Assembly (NCBI GenBank): GCA_024626585.2
Contig: JANKJI020000001.1
Coordinates: forward strand, 16,356,532 to 16,390,871
Direction of reading: 5' to 3'
DNA length: 34,340 nt
Source: Ginkgo biloba
Lineage: Eukaryota > Plantae > Ginkgophyta
Part shown: positions 22,505 to 34,340 of the stretch, one piece after another
Numbering within the stretch: position 1 is the first letter of the stretch
How the letters are laid out: every line of letters starts with the position of its first letter
Notes under the pieces: model-generated
Databases searched by the model: none
Seen by the model: only the letters and a program-made list of their open reading frames with translations
Told to the model about the DNA's origin: nothing
Translations under genes and position numbers: made by a program

Positions 22505-25272
22505 GTGGAACTCTTTGAATTGTATTACAATGAATGCCATTATAGTTCATTGTATTTGTTTTAATTTATTAAAAATTATACAAAGTAGATAAATCAAGTT
22601 GAAGGGAAATAAAAGAAATCAATTGATAATGTAGTAAGGGTTGAAATATAGTAAAACTATTAGATAAAAATGGGTGCCCCTCAGCAATTTGAATAGTTGG
22701 TAAGAGAATTTTATGGAAATACTTATCTTGAAGGTATTAATACAAGTAATGGTATTCCCATTATTTTTCTATTGATACCCTCAAACTAGTTGTTAGTATT
22801 CATCTAAAAAATATGTTCTTATAAGAATGAATCTAACATACCTATTCATAACTTGGAAGAAGGAAAATGAAGTTGATATGGATAAATTATTATTGGATTC
22901 AAATAATAAGAATATTTATAATTAGAATAAAATCACCAATAGGGATACCAATCATCTATTCCTATTATATTTTATAATCAATGACAACTTAGATCAAAGG
23001 TAGATTATTCCTTTTCTAGCACCCTTATTTATTCTAGAAGTAAGAAAATCCATGGTACCTATATTTGAGCCACCTTCAAATGTAAAAATTATGTTATGAG
23101 TAAAAAGGCATGAAGTATAATTTAAGGTAATTGAGCAAGAAGATGGAGAATTAGAGGGGGCCTCTATGTTGTTAGAAGTCATAACCACAACACTTCAGGT
23201 AGCAAATGAGGAGCTTATAGAGGAAAACAAGAGATTTAAAGAAAGGATAAAAGAGTTAGAGGAGCAATTAGTTGACATAAATCTCCTAGAAGAACAAGTT
23301 ATTAGAACTAAGGGCTCAGAGGACTAATATTTAAATATTCAATCACTTTAAAAGGAGAAGTGGCTTAATTAGAGGACCAAATGTTTTAGATGAAGCTCTT
23401 TGAGATGCTAAGAGTGGGGAATTTTTATAAATAATGATGTAATTATAAGGGATAGAATTAAAATAAGAAAAAACCTAAATTGATTCAAAGATAGTGGACG
23501 AGGTAAGAGTCCAATATGATTTAATATCTTTACCTAAGGAGAAAGAGACCAATGAAACGGGGCTTTAATGTGATTTGATTTTCCTAGTTAAAGAGACAAC
23601 AACTTATAGCAAGAAAGTATGATATGCTTTGTTCCCCATCTTTGAGGTAAAATTGAAAGAATTAATGTTTCTTTAAAATAGAATAACCTAGATGGAGGGA
23701 AAATTAAAAAAGTATGATCTAAGTTTGAGGGCAATCAATAAAAGGATTACCAAAATAAAGGATTTGGTGAAGTATTTGAATTCTTTAACTATAACTTTCA
23801 AACTTCAAATATAGACCACTAAGAAAGGAGTTGGAGGCTTTTATAGAAAAATGCAATAATATAAACGAGCAGGAGAAAGGAATCAGGGCCCTTATAATAT
23901 AATTAGTAAATCTAACTATTCAATTACAATGTAGGGTATCCCTAGGGCTATACCTCGATATATAAAGGATGGGTCTAGATTTCCAATTATAGCCACTACT
24001 TATAACCACTCTTGTAGTTCAATTTGATGGAAAGAGAATTGAAGCCTTGTGTGATGAAGGTAATAAAGTAGATAAGAATTTAATAGCTGAAGAGTTTTTA
24101 GTAAATGATCTATGCAATGATGACCTAGATTATAATCCTAACCTAACGATGGGGATTGTTCATCTAAGGGCCTTACTATCTTATCTAGAAAGAAGGTAAA
24201 GGCTAGATAACACACTAGATTCATGTAAATAGAATTGTTCATTGAATAAGCCATTAGGCATAATATTGTGTATACAGAAAGGCTCATAAAAGCCCATGAG
24301 AAGAACATGTAAGAGGGTGTTTAGAAGATGATATTTGAAGAAAATTTAGAGATTGTACTGAGATTACAGGAGGAAGATTGTCCACTTATATTAAATGGGA
24401 CTAAGACTGCTAAATCATATAGGATGCAGTCACTTCCATGAGAATTAAACAATAAAGAACCCTACAATACTCTTACCTATCATTTGTTATAAAGAGGGGT
24501 CATCATCTATGTAGACATTTGAGGGAATTGAAGAACATGTGGATTGGCATGGCTTATCAACCTCATACTTTGTGCCATTTTCTTTCAAAAATAAGGGGGT
24601 TAACAGAGTGGAGCAATAAATACCTTATAGAGGTTTATGAAGGGGTTATTCATTTGATTTAGAGTGACCTTTGGGAAACATATTATAGACATAAATTGTT
24701 GGCTAAGGAAGTAAGACAATAAAAGGAGACATAAAATTGATAGTTAGTAGTGATTATGGAAGGTACCACCCAGTCTAAGAAAGTAGGACCTAAAGATCAG
24801 TTTAAGGCTTTAAGGGGACCATGAAAATGAAGTAGGGGAGGAGAAATGTCGAGCCTTATTTTGTTTTATTCTTGGTTTAGTATATGATATATTGAGATAA
24901 ACAAATTGTTTATTTTGATCCCAAAATTGTATCCTCATTTATGTTGATAAGTCGTCTCTGCTTATAAATATAAAAAAAGAGCATTTTTATGTAATGGGAT
25001 ACATTTAGATTTTTATGAGGGCAAGTCACCTTCAAATTTTATGTAAGTAGAGATACTCTCCAAATACCTTAAAGGTAGAGTTACCATCAAGATTAGTTGA
25101 TCTAGTAAACTTCATTTGAACAGATTAATTATGGCATAACAATTAGTTGTTGCCAACTCTTGATTAAACTCATAGGTAAGACTGTGTATTTTTCTAAAAT
25201 TATAGATAGGATTTCATATTACGTTCTCTTCTTTCTTTTGATTATTGGCTAACCATTTTATTTCAGGAATCA
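22505..25272 (+). mobile_element. 3' region of an LTR retrotransposon: decayed coiled-coil ORF, PPT and 3' LTR
   Basis: Purine-rich, stop-riddled frame including ANEELIEENKRFKERIKELEEQLVDINLLEEQV (~23200-23305). Purine tract aagtaggggaggagaaa (24830-24846) is immediately followed by TGTCG at 24847. The right end is uncertain. Confidence 0.55.
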
Positions 25273-25819
25273 CTTATAGGTAGCAAGAATTCTACTTTCC
25301 TTCATTATTTAAATTTTAAACCCATGCTGATAATTTTAAAGTATGAGTTGAGAAGAACATAATTGCCATATTTAAGTGCCTGGGCATAAGGGGTAAAATG
25401 ATATTGGGAATTAATTAGTTATAATGACTAGATATAGAAGAAAATCATANNNNNNNNNNNNNNNNNNNNNNNNNNNNNNNNNNNNNNNNNNNNNNNNNNN
25501 NNNNNNNNNNNNNNNNNNNNNNNNNNNNNNNNNNNNNNNNNNNNNNNNNATTCACGAAATGGGAATGTCATAAATTTACTATAGAAGGCTATAAATCTTT
25601 TGTTCGTGTTTGCAAATTTTAGGCTAAATGGACTTCAATCTTCTGAAACATTTTGAATTTGTAAAAATGGAAAAAATTCTCCACACAAACACACCATGAA
25701 AAAGTAATATAATCACCAATATCTAGTCCATTGAAGGGATCAAAAGTTTGGTTATTAATTTCTTAAGGTACAAAAAATTATGGCTCTAACTTTGTGGCAG
25801 CATCATAATTCATAAGGGC

Positions 25820-27120
25820 ATACTACTTGTTTATGAACTTATAACTGAAGGGGCCTATCTTCACTTTGGTTAATCTATGATCATTCCTTGTTCCTCGTAA
25901 TCCTATACATACAAGAAGTAAGTTTTTTGAAACTATATGATCTTATCAATCTATTTAAACAAAGCATGGCAACTTTGACTAAAATATAAAGGTAAATAAG
26001 GGCATGCCTTAACTAGATCAAGTGACTTTACAATTATTTAGATCAAGAATTGATGATCTCAATCAATTTAAGATACATAAGAAGGATGGAGGTGGAAGAT
26101 AAATGCTTTCCCTTCTGAAAAATAATATATCTACCATGATCTTATAAAATACAATACAAGATATGATGTTAGAAAGATGTAGTTTATAAGGATATTTGGA
26201 GCATAGCTGATTTTAGTGGTTAATATTAGCCATTTGGGTAATTTTTCATAATTTTTGTAAAAATATTTACTAATGAAAAAATAAAGATTTGCTAAAACTT
26301 CTAAGTACGAAATATATTTTACACATAATATTTGCCAAATTTTGGTATAAATATAAGAAACTTGACATTCTCATCAATTCTTTCACTAACTTTTTATATT
26401 TAAAAATTTTGGGATAAAATAAATTTGCCAAAATTTTATACTAGCCAAACATATATGATTCCTTAAGATTATCATTGATTTAGAGTAGAAGTGCTCAATC
26501 AAAAGATAACATCTCATTATAACAAGTAGAAAAAGTGCCTTCTCAATAACTACATATTTAAACAAACTGGGGCTCTCAAGACCTTTCTTATATTTACCTT
26601 GTAGGAAGGAAGAGGATAAACGAATACATATTTTGTGATCACGCTCCTATTGTAGTTAGCTTTGGTATTGTCTAGTTGAACCCTTTTTCTATGGAAAAAA
26701 TTTAGGCTTGATTCCAATAAAAGTGCTTAAATATTAAAGAGTGTTTAGTTTCCAAAATGGCTAATAATTGTTCCTCCTTCTACAAGCAATATAATGTTTC
26801 TTAGACAATGATGGTTGGTGATGTTTAAATCAAGATTGTGATCTATTTGCAGGTACAAAAAAACCAAATCTTTCATCAAATTACTTTTACTAGTATATCA
26901 AATTGAGAGTCTTCTATCTCTCCTCTTGGATGCAATCTATTTTGAAAATGGCTAAATTAGCCCAGTTACATATGAATCTTAAAATGAGAACTCAAAATCA
27001 ACTACTTATACAATTTTGTATTAATAAGATAGATGGACCAATTTCAAACACGACATCAGTGTGCACCTATTAGAAGGAGACTCAGGAGACAAAAGCTATA
27101 CTTGTACTATTAATGATAAA
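25820..27120 (+). mobile_element. Possible highly decayed LINE endonuclease remnant
   Basis: GPIFTLVN (~25850) and FCDHAPIVV...PFFYGKNL (~26631-26705) resemble GPxFTWSN and SDHxPI...PFRFENMW; weak. Confidence 0.3.
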
Positions 27121-27208
27121 TAACCTTTTAGCCTAGACTTGTATTGTTGGAGATGTAAAAGCCATTTGGTTCACTTTTTCAAAAGGATTATAAAATGCCT
27201 CCAAACAA

Positions 27209-27221
27209 ACACACACACACA
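27209..27221. repeat. (AC)6 microsatellite
   Basis: acacacacacaca. Confidence 0.7.
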
Positions 27222-30200
27222 TGTTAGTATGTATATATGTGACCTATATACAAGAATTACATATTTTTGGAAGAGATGGATTGACTAATAAGGTGATTTT
27301 GAATAACAAAATGTTGCAAATAGAAGGAGGATTGCAGAAAGATGATTCTTTCAATGCAAAGAATAATGATCAGATAGAAGATACAAGAAATTGCAAAGGA
27401 ATATCAATCAAAAGAGTGTAGAATTTATCAAGGAAATTTGTTGCAGAAGTTGACATAGTCACACGAAAATTACTATGTTGCAAAGCAAAGACACTTGCAA
27501 AGTGCAGCGACAGTGCAAAAGAGTGTGACTCAACGACAACATAGTGCAATTCTTTGATAGAGTAGTATGCACAAAAGAAGGAAGAATAGTGTCAAAGGGA
27601 ACTACTACTAAAAAGAATGATTCAAAAGCATTAACATTAAGGAGTTAACTGTATAGTATTAAACTGCATGGATCGATGATGGAACATCTACAGTAGGTCA
27701 AGGATATCCAAGATCAATTGAGCATGATTGGATAAAAGGTCAAAGATACTGTTGACTGGAATTTCTGCTCACTCATCCATGACNNNNNNNNNNNNNNNNN
27801 NNNNNNNNNNNNNNNNNNNNNNNNNNNNNNNNNNNNNNNNNNNNNATGAAGTCTCAACTTGCAACTGAATTTTAGGAGAAAATAGTCACTTTTGAGCTGA
27901 CAGTCCTCATGGAAAGAGTTGTGCATCTTTCCAAGATCTTTTCAAAGAAGTTAACGGCATAAGAAATAGAGCTATGTTTCAAAATTTTCAACCTGATCCA
28001 GGTCGAGGACCCTATTTTTCCATTTTGGGATAAAAATCCAACTTGAGGCCAACATACAGAAAAATCAAAGAAAAATTTAGCAAAAATTCCANNNNNNNNN
28101 NNNNNNNNNNNNNNNNNNNNNNNNNNNNNNNNNNNNNNNNNNNNNNNNNNNNNNNNNNNNNNNNNNNNNNNNNNNNNNNNNNNNNNNNNNNNNNNNNNNN
28201 NNNNNNNNNNNNNNNNNNNNNNNNNNNNNNNNNNNNNNNNNNNNNNNNNNNNNNNNNNNNNNNNNNNNNNNNNNNNNNNNNNNNNNNNNNNNNNNNNNNN
28301 NNNNNNNNNNNNNNNNNNNNNNNNNNNNNNNNNNNNNNNNNNNNNNNNNNNNNNNNNNNNNNNNNNNNNNNNNNNNNNNNNNNNNNNNNNNNNNNNNNNN
28401 NNNNNNNNNNNNNNNNNNNNNNNNNNNNNNNNNNNNNNNNNNNNNNNNNNNNNNNNNNNNNNNNNNNNNNNNNNNNNNNNNNNNNNNNNNNNNNNNNNNN
28501 NNNNNNNNNNNNNNNNNNNNNNNNNNNNNNNNNNNNNNNNNNNNNNNNNNNNNNNNNNNNNNNNNNNNNNNNNNNNNNNNNNNNNNNNNNNNNNNNNNNN
28601 NNNNNNNNNNNNNNNNNNNNNNNNNNNNNNNNNNNNNNNNNNNNNNNNNNNNNNNNNNNNNNNNNNNNNNNNNNNNNNNNNNNNNNNNNNNNNNNNNNNN
28701 NNNNNNNNNNNNNNNNNNNNNNNNNNNNNNNNNNNNNNNNNNNNNNNNNNNNNNNNNNNNNNNNNNNNNNNNNNNTATAAAAATGGACCCATACATATAC
28801 CATATACAAAAGCGCCATGAACAAGACACGAATCACGACCAACTAGTCTAGTGCCAGCGCGGCTGCATCTAAAAAAGATTACGAAAGTTGGCATCTCTAT
28901 TTTGCTTATTACCCCTGGTTCGGGTCAGCAATCTGTCTTGCACAGAAGTCTATGCACTGATTAATAGCAAAGCCGTTCTTCATGTTTTTCCTAACAACAT
29001 GAACTAATTGCATTCTGCAGCGTTTAAGTATCCCGATGTTATGTTCTCATTTCTTTCATGTATGTTGTCCGCTGTTGCACGGTTTCTTGCACAATAACAT
29101 TTTTCCGGTTAACACATTTCTTATTTGATACTGTTCACATCCAAAATTTTCGAACTTGTTTGCCTACGGTTTTCCCCCCCAAACAGTTAAGGTATCATTT
29201 ATTATTGCTCGCATGCTAAAAAGCTATTTTAAGGGATACGCAATATCCTCTAGTCCATCTAAATAGCTATGAGAACATTATACAAAGTAGATGTATGTTG
29301 CCCCCTTATTCATTTGCCTTAGATGCCGAGTCTAAAATTTAGCTTTAATTCCCTTGTCTTCTATTACGTAGAATCCTCCCTGCTTCTTTGCTTCTGACAC
29401 TGGCCAACTCATTTGTTTCCCTACTTCAAGGTAATATATAGTTTGTTCTTTTTATTATTCTCTTACCCTCTAATGTTCTTTAGCCAAGAGTGTTCTAAAC
29501 CTATTGGCCAAGAAGTTGCACTGAAGTTCTCCTGTGTTAAATGATCTAGTTCTTGGTTGGGAGACTTCTCTCTATATTTGCTTTTTCGTTTATTGTAAAG
29601 ATAATTTCATTAGATTGAAAAATATGCACTTTTACAATAACACTGCGGATGGAGTTGACACACATTCCACTACATGTGTTGACTAACATTGTCATCAATA
29701 AAATGAAAATATAAGGCCCAAGGGCATCCAACGTTTGGATAGAAGATCAACAAAATAGGCCCAAGCGTAGTAAATGTCATAACTTATAAAAGCTACAAAG
29801 GTAGCCAGAATAAAGAGTAAAAGTGCTAAGGGCAACACAAGAACCATTTGTGTAAGCATTAATAAAATCAAGCCACATGGGCTGCTTGGAGAGGAGGAGG
29901 TGGGGGATCAACATCATTAGTTGCCTTGGGTGTTGAAACGATTTGATGAGTGATGCATTCCCTTTTAGGTGTTTTACCAATTTTGGCTGTGGAATTTTCC
30001 ATTTAGTTTGGGTACATCTCCTAGATATTCNNNNNNNNNNNNNNNNNNNNNNNNNNNNNNNNNNNNNNNNNNNNNNNNNNNNNNNNNNNNNNNNNNNNNN
30101 NNNNNNNNNNNNNNNNNNNNNNNNNNNNNNCGTGAAGCAAACTGAAAAGTGGGGGATCGCGGGCCTAAATTCGTTAAGAGTTCCAAGACCTAATTGAAAG

Positions 30201-31752
30201 AGTAACAAGCAACTAGCTTGGTAAAAGGTTTGACCCATTCGGAATGCATTTTGCCTATGAATACCACTAAAGGAGATGAAGGTTAGTTTTATCCTTTTGA
30301 AACAAAAGGAAATGAGCAAGAGGCATGCCCAACTTAGGAAGTCTAGAACTGGTGGCATGCTCTTGTGGTGAAGGAATTGAGAGTCACTTATTTTGCAACA
30401 ATTTTTAAGCCTGTACACCTCATCTTCTCCAATGTTGATGAGAGAATAAGCCTTAGTAGTGGAGTATTTTTGGTAATGTTGCTTATGAGTCTAACACTAG
30501 TCTTTCCACCACTATTTAGGGGTTACAATTCATAATTTGGAACGTGGTCCTTTGGAAAGTCAACAATTGATTTGCCCACAACCTTTCTACACTCTAAATT
30601 TGATTTTCATCTCTTCCCAAGTCAACCAATGTTTGTTGTGTTTAAGTTAGCATAAATTTTGACACCCCTTTTGAAGAGTCTTAGTAGATTATACCATGAG
30701 TTTTCACCTAGGGGCTCTTTGTTATCTACAAATAAATGGGAACATTGTATTGAACAATGATTTATGGAGAAACCCTTCCTTGGTGCTTCCCCCTTCCATA
30801 TTAGAAGCCTCTTTTGAGCATCTACTTTCTAAATGCTTTTAAAAATGAATGTATCTTGCACTGTGAATGGGTTGGAATAAAGATGAGACCATGCAAGTGT
30901 GTTAACTAATTTAGGATTTAGAATGCGGAGCCCACTATTGGCAACGTGTTAGCATCATATGAAATAAGAATAAATGCATTAATTACATAGATTTATCGGT
31001 AATTCATGAGTAAAAACGAGAATAGACACCCATGTGATGTATAATCACATTAGAAGCTTTTTGCCAGCCTCCCATGCTTTACAAATGCCTTCAAAATTGA
31101 AAGTGGTTTACACTTGGTTTTCACATGTTACATCATTATACTCTTTCTTGTTTATAATTTATCCAACCCTCATAAATGCTAATTGACATACCTTTTCATG
31201 TGGCACATCTCCTTAGGGACCCTCATTAAATGTGAATTATTGATTCATTCATTGCTTAAAATAAATGGGTCCTAGTTTTTAATGGTGATGTCATCAAATT
31301 TAACATAAAATGCACCATAGTTTTTCATCAATGCATCATTTCTTGCTTGCAATCATGTCATATGCTAATGTTAGATGTGACCTCAACCCAACAAATGCAC
31401 TTTGACTAGTAGTTAATAGGATTTGCCTATCATAAATGTTGGCTTCATTGCCATTTATGTAGCTCTCATATGTTATTTAACGCATATGACCCGTTGTTAT
31501 AGTATGTCTTATTTTGCCATTAATGTGCTCAAATTTGCGGTCATAAATGGATCATACAACCTTTGGAACTACTGTACATGATGACATGATCCTTGATCTC
31601 GTATTAAATCAATTCATACTCTTTATGCTATTGTAAATGTTGTTGTGTATCGNNNNNNNNNNNNNNNNNNNNNNNNNNNNNNNNNNNNNNNNNNNNNNNN
31701 NNNNNNNNNNNNNNNNNNNNNNNNNNNNNNNNNNNNNNNNNNNNNNNNNNNN

Positions 31753-32363
31753 AATCAAACAGATCTTCATCCTTTGCGCAATGACGTCTTGCATTGCCTG
31801 TGATCTTCACAAAATACATTTTCAACATTCACAAAACTATTCCACGTCCACTTGATTTTGTGACAGACTGGGCGCCTCCACGAACTCGAACTTTGCAAAT
31901 GTTCTAAGTTCGCTCTAGGGTTTCATAACTCGAATTTGCCTTAGGGTTTGAGCAAATTCATTTTGACCTCTTCAAATTCTTACTGCAACCCCTTGCTCAA
32001 TTGTTCGAATTCTGCTCCTCGCTTGCTCTTGAACTGCTTTGATACCACATGTGAACGTCAGGATGCTGGGTGGAAAAAATGAATAAACGAAGAATCAAAC
32101 CACAAGACAAGATGTTTCGGGTATAATTGATCTACCATGCATTTTTTTTTTATTATGTAGTACTACGATATTGATCTAATACAACTTGATACAACACAAT
32201 GGATACGTGGTCTTTAAATAGATGCCCAAACAATAACCACTTCATAACTTCGTTCAGAAGTTATGTTTAACAATTAATTACGCTATTAATTACATAAAGT
32301 ATAAAGTACATTAAATACAATGAATAAACATAGGAAGGTGACTAGACATTAATTATTCCAACA
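31753..32363 (-). mobile_element. 5' end of a tRNA-iMet-primed LTR retrotransposon (LTR 32363-32050, PBS, leader)
   Basis: Minus-strand LTR TGTTGGAATAA...CGTTCACA (314 bp), then 2 nt, then PBS TGGTATCAAAGC (32047-32036; canonical TGGTATCAGAGC). The internal part is cut by a 100-N gap. Superfamily (copia, chromovirus or TRIM) is not resolvable. Confidence 0.85.
32036..32047 (-). promoter_or_regulatory. Primer-binding site complementary to tRNA-iMet
   Basis: gctttgatacca on the + strand; 11/12 match to the canonical plant PBS. Confidence 0.85.
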
Positions 32364-34340
32364 ACTTGATTATATCCATTGAAATCATCAACAAAGGAAC
32401 AACTTTCTTGAACACATATATAGTAAATGGAATTGGAAATGGACCTTGTTTGGTAATTTTATTTAGTTCACTGTAATCCACGCAAATTCAAATTTTGCTA
32501 TTTTGCTTCTTTACACCAGGCCCACCCATTCATTAGTTTCAACTTCATAATTATATCAATCCTTTTCTCCAACTTGACTTTCACTTGTGCTTTAAACTTG
32601 GGATTAATGCAAAAAGGGCATTGGGGTATTGGTTTAGTGCCCTCAACTAACTCAATACAATGTACTGAAATGTCAATGGGGATTCCATTTAAGTCCTTAT
32701 AATTCTAGGTAAAGACATAATGATATTTCTCGAATATGGCCTGCACCTTGGTTATTATCTCAAGTCCCAGTATTAAACCATAGTAATATTTAGAGGATGT
32801 TGATCTGTCCCAAACTGATGGTTTGGGTCTTCAAAGGTGGAGCAATAATAGTTTTACCATCTTTTGCCAATTAATGGGTTGTAGTTGAGTCAATAAAATG
32901 CTTGCGATAGACGACCTCTGTGTAGGTTGTAGGAAATTTGCCAACACTACTCACAGAAACATTATCTACAAGTGGAACCTTTGGTTTAGGTCAAGTACTA
33001 TTCTTGGTATCCAATGAAGCTTTAGAGCACAAACTACAACAATTCAGAATAGGTTCACACACCATTTGCGAACACATGTATTTAAATGTAGGCGAAGCAA
33101 AATCTTTTAGAAATAACCCGAGTTGGCACACGTTGCTTATCCTACAAGTTGATCCAATTTTGATGTTGTTGTACTAATGTAGTTGGAAATAAATGAATCC
33201 AAAACAACTCAGTAGTCTGCTACTGAGACTAAAGGTATTCACATTGATAAGTATGGTATACAATGTTGCAGTGAGAATAATTGTAAAGCTTGGGAACAAA
33301 TGTTTGACTAGAATGGTCAAACTAATAGAGAAAAGCATCTCATAGCTTTGCTCAAGTTGACAGATTGTCTAAATGAGCCATATTTTAGTAGAAGGCAACA
33401 CCTTTCAAGTTGGTAGACTACAGGAGTAGGGTACACTCCAACCAAAAGCAATGCGGTGCAAGGTAGAAGGAAATGAAAGGTACCATACCTCCTCTACAAG
33501 AATACCTTGTTGTATGCTTGGCAACAAATCCGCTAGATTGATCAACATATTCCCGAGTGCTAAGCTTGGATGTTCGCTTTAGTTTGACAAATGAGAGTGC
33601 AAGTGCAAATATCTCCATATCATCCAAGTATGAGGTGGAAATGTGGATGGTGGTAAAGCACAACATTATGGTTGGGATAGTTTTGTANNNNNNNNNNNNN
33701 NNNNNNNNNNGGATTACGAGCATGATCTCATATTGCAAGGGTACAATCCTAGATCGTAGGGTTACGATCTTTGGTCAGAGTCATAACAAAAGATCATACC
33801 CTCTGATGAACACAAATTGGTGGGGTTATTTTCCCAATAAAAAATGTCTCTAGATGAAGAATTGAGTTGTTTTAATTCTTCCTCAAATTTGGTATTATCA
33901 TCCCAATCAACCCACATCTTATAGCAAGATTATTTGACTACCTAATATTGTCTTGTCATCCATTGTACANNNNNNNNNNTTGGAATTTTGGGATTAGATT
34001 CAAAATCTAATTCCCCATAAACATTGGGTTCATGTGGGGCATCTTTGACCATATTATCAAGTTGTTTGGCACTGATAAGTGATATTTAGACAATAGCTAT
34101 TGACATCATCATCTGTAGTAGTAGTAGTACTTGAAGCTTCTCATCATCTTCAATCTTCCCAACGAGGGGCATATGCCACCATAGGCAATGTCCTATGAAA
34201 TGCTTGGTTTTAAGCATAAAATGTAGCGACTCCAATATTGGATGGTTTTAATAGCAATAACCTATGGACATCCCAACAAGGCTAGATAAGCCTTTGTTCC
34301 TCATGGTACCAAATTGATAGCAATTTTTTTATAGGAAGGA
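32364..34340 (-). mobile_element. Decayed Ty3/gypsy pol (protease C-terminus, spacer, RT N-half), non-chromovirus-like
   Basis: On the minus strand: AYLALLGCP*V (~34291-34259; YxxLLGRPWL), VFT*NYKDLNGIP...HCIEL (~32720-32650), KI*ICVDYSELNKITKQGPFPIPF (~32496-32425) and SFVDDFNGYNQV (~32398-32363; FxDGFSGYNQI). Confidence 0.88.

Noticed and set aside
26200-26455. MITE suggested by tttgccaaa/ccaaaca motifs
   Set aside because: I could not define matching terminal inverted repeats or a TSD.
31916-31949. Telomere-like TAGGGTTT motifs
   Set aside because: Only two isolated copies in a retroelement leader, not an array.

Overview
This is AT-rich, repeat-dominated land-plant nuclear DNA from a gapped draft assembly; many N runs are about 100 nt and look like scaffold gaps. 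There is no intact protein-coding gene, and the supplied ORFs are either N-spanning artefacts or pieces of decayed genes and elements. Main contents: (1) an unprocessed, heavily disabled class XI myosin pseudogene fragment (+ strand, ~15524-19483, 12 recognisable exons from the motor domain through the IQ neck), with a tRNA-derived SINE in one intron; (2) a ~1.19-kb-unit tandem repeat (3922-8372, resuming 13820-14001), split by a decayed ~5.4-kb L1-type LINE with a 15-bp target-site duplication; (3) a ~103-bp minisatellite with internal inverted repeats (~20965-21990), upstream of a decayed coiled-coil ORF, a polypurine tract and an LTR start; (4) a tRNA-iMet-primed LTR element inserted into the reverse transcriptase of a decayed Ty3/gypsy element (- strand, 31753-34340); (5) assorted LTR fragments. 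I found no convincing novel biological system; the noteworthy items are nested-insertion histories and a gene relic. All family calls rest on motif recognition by eye, not database searches.
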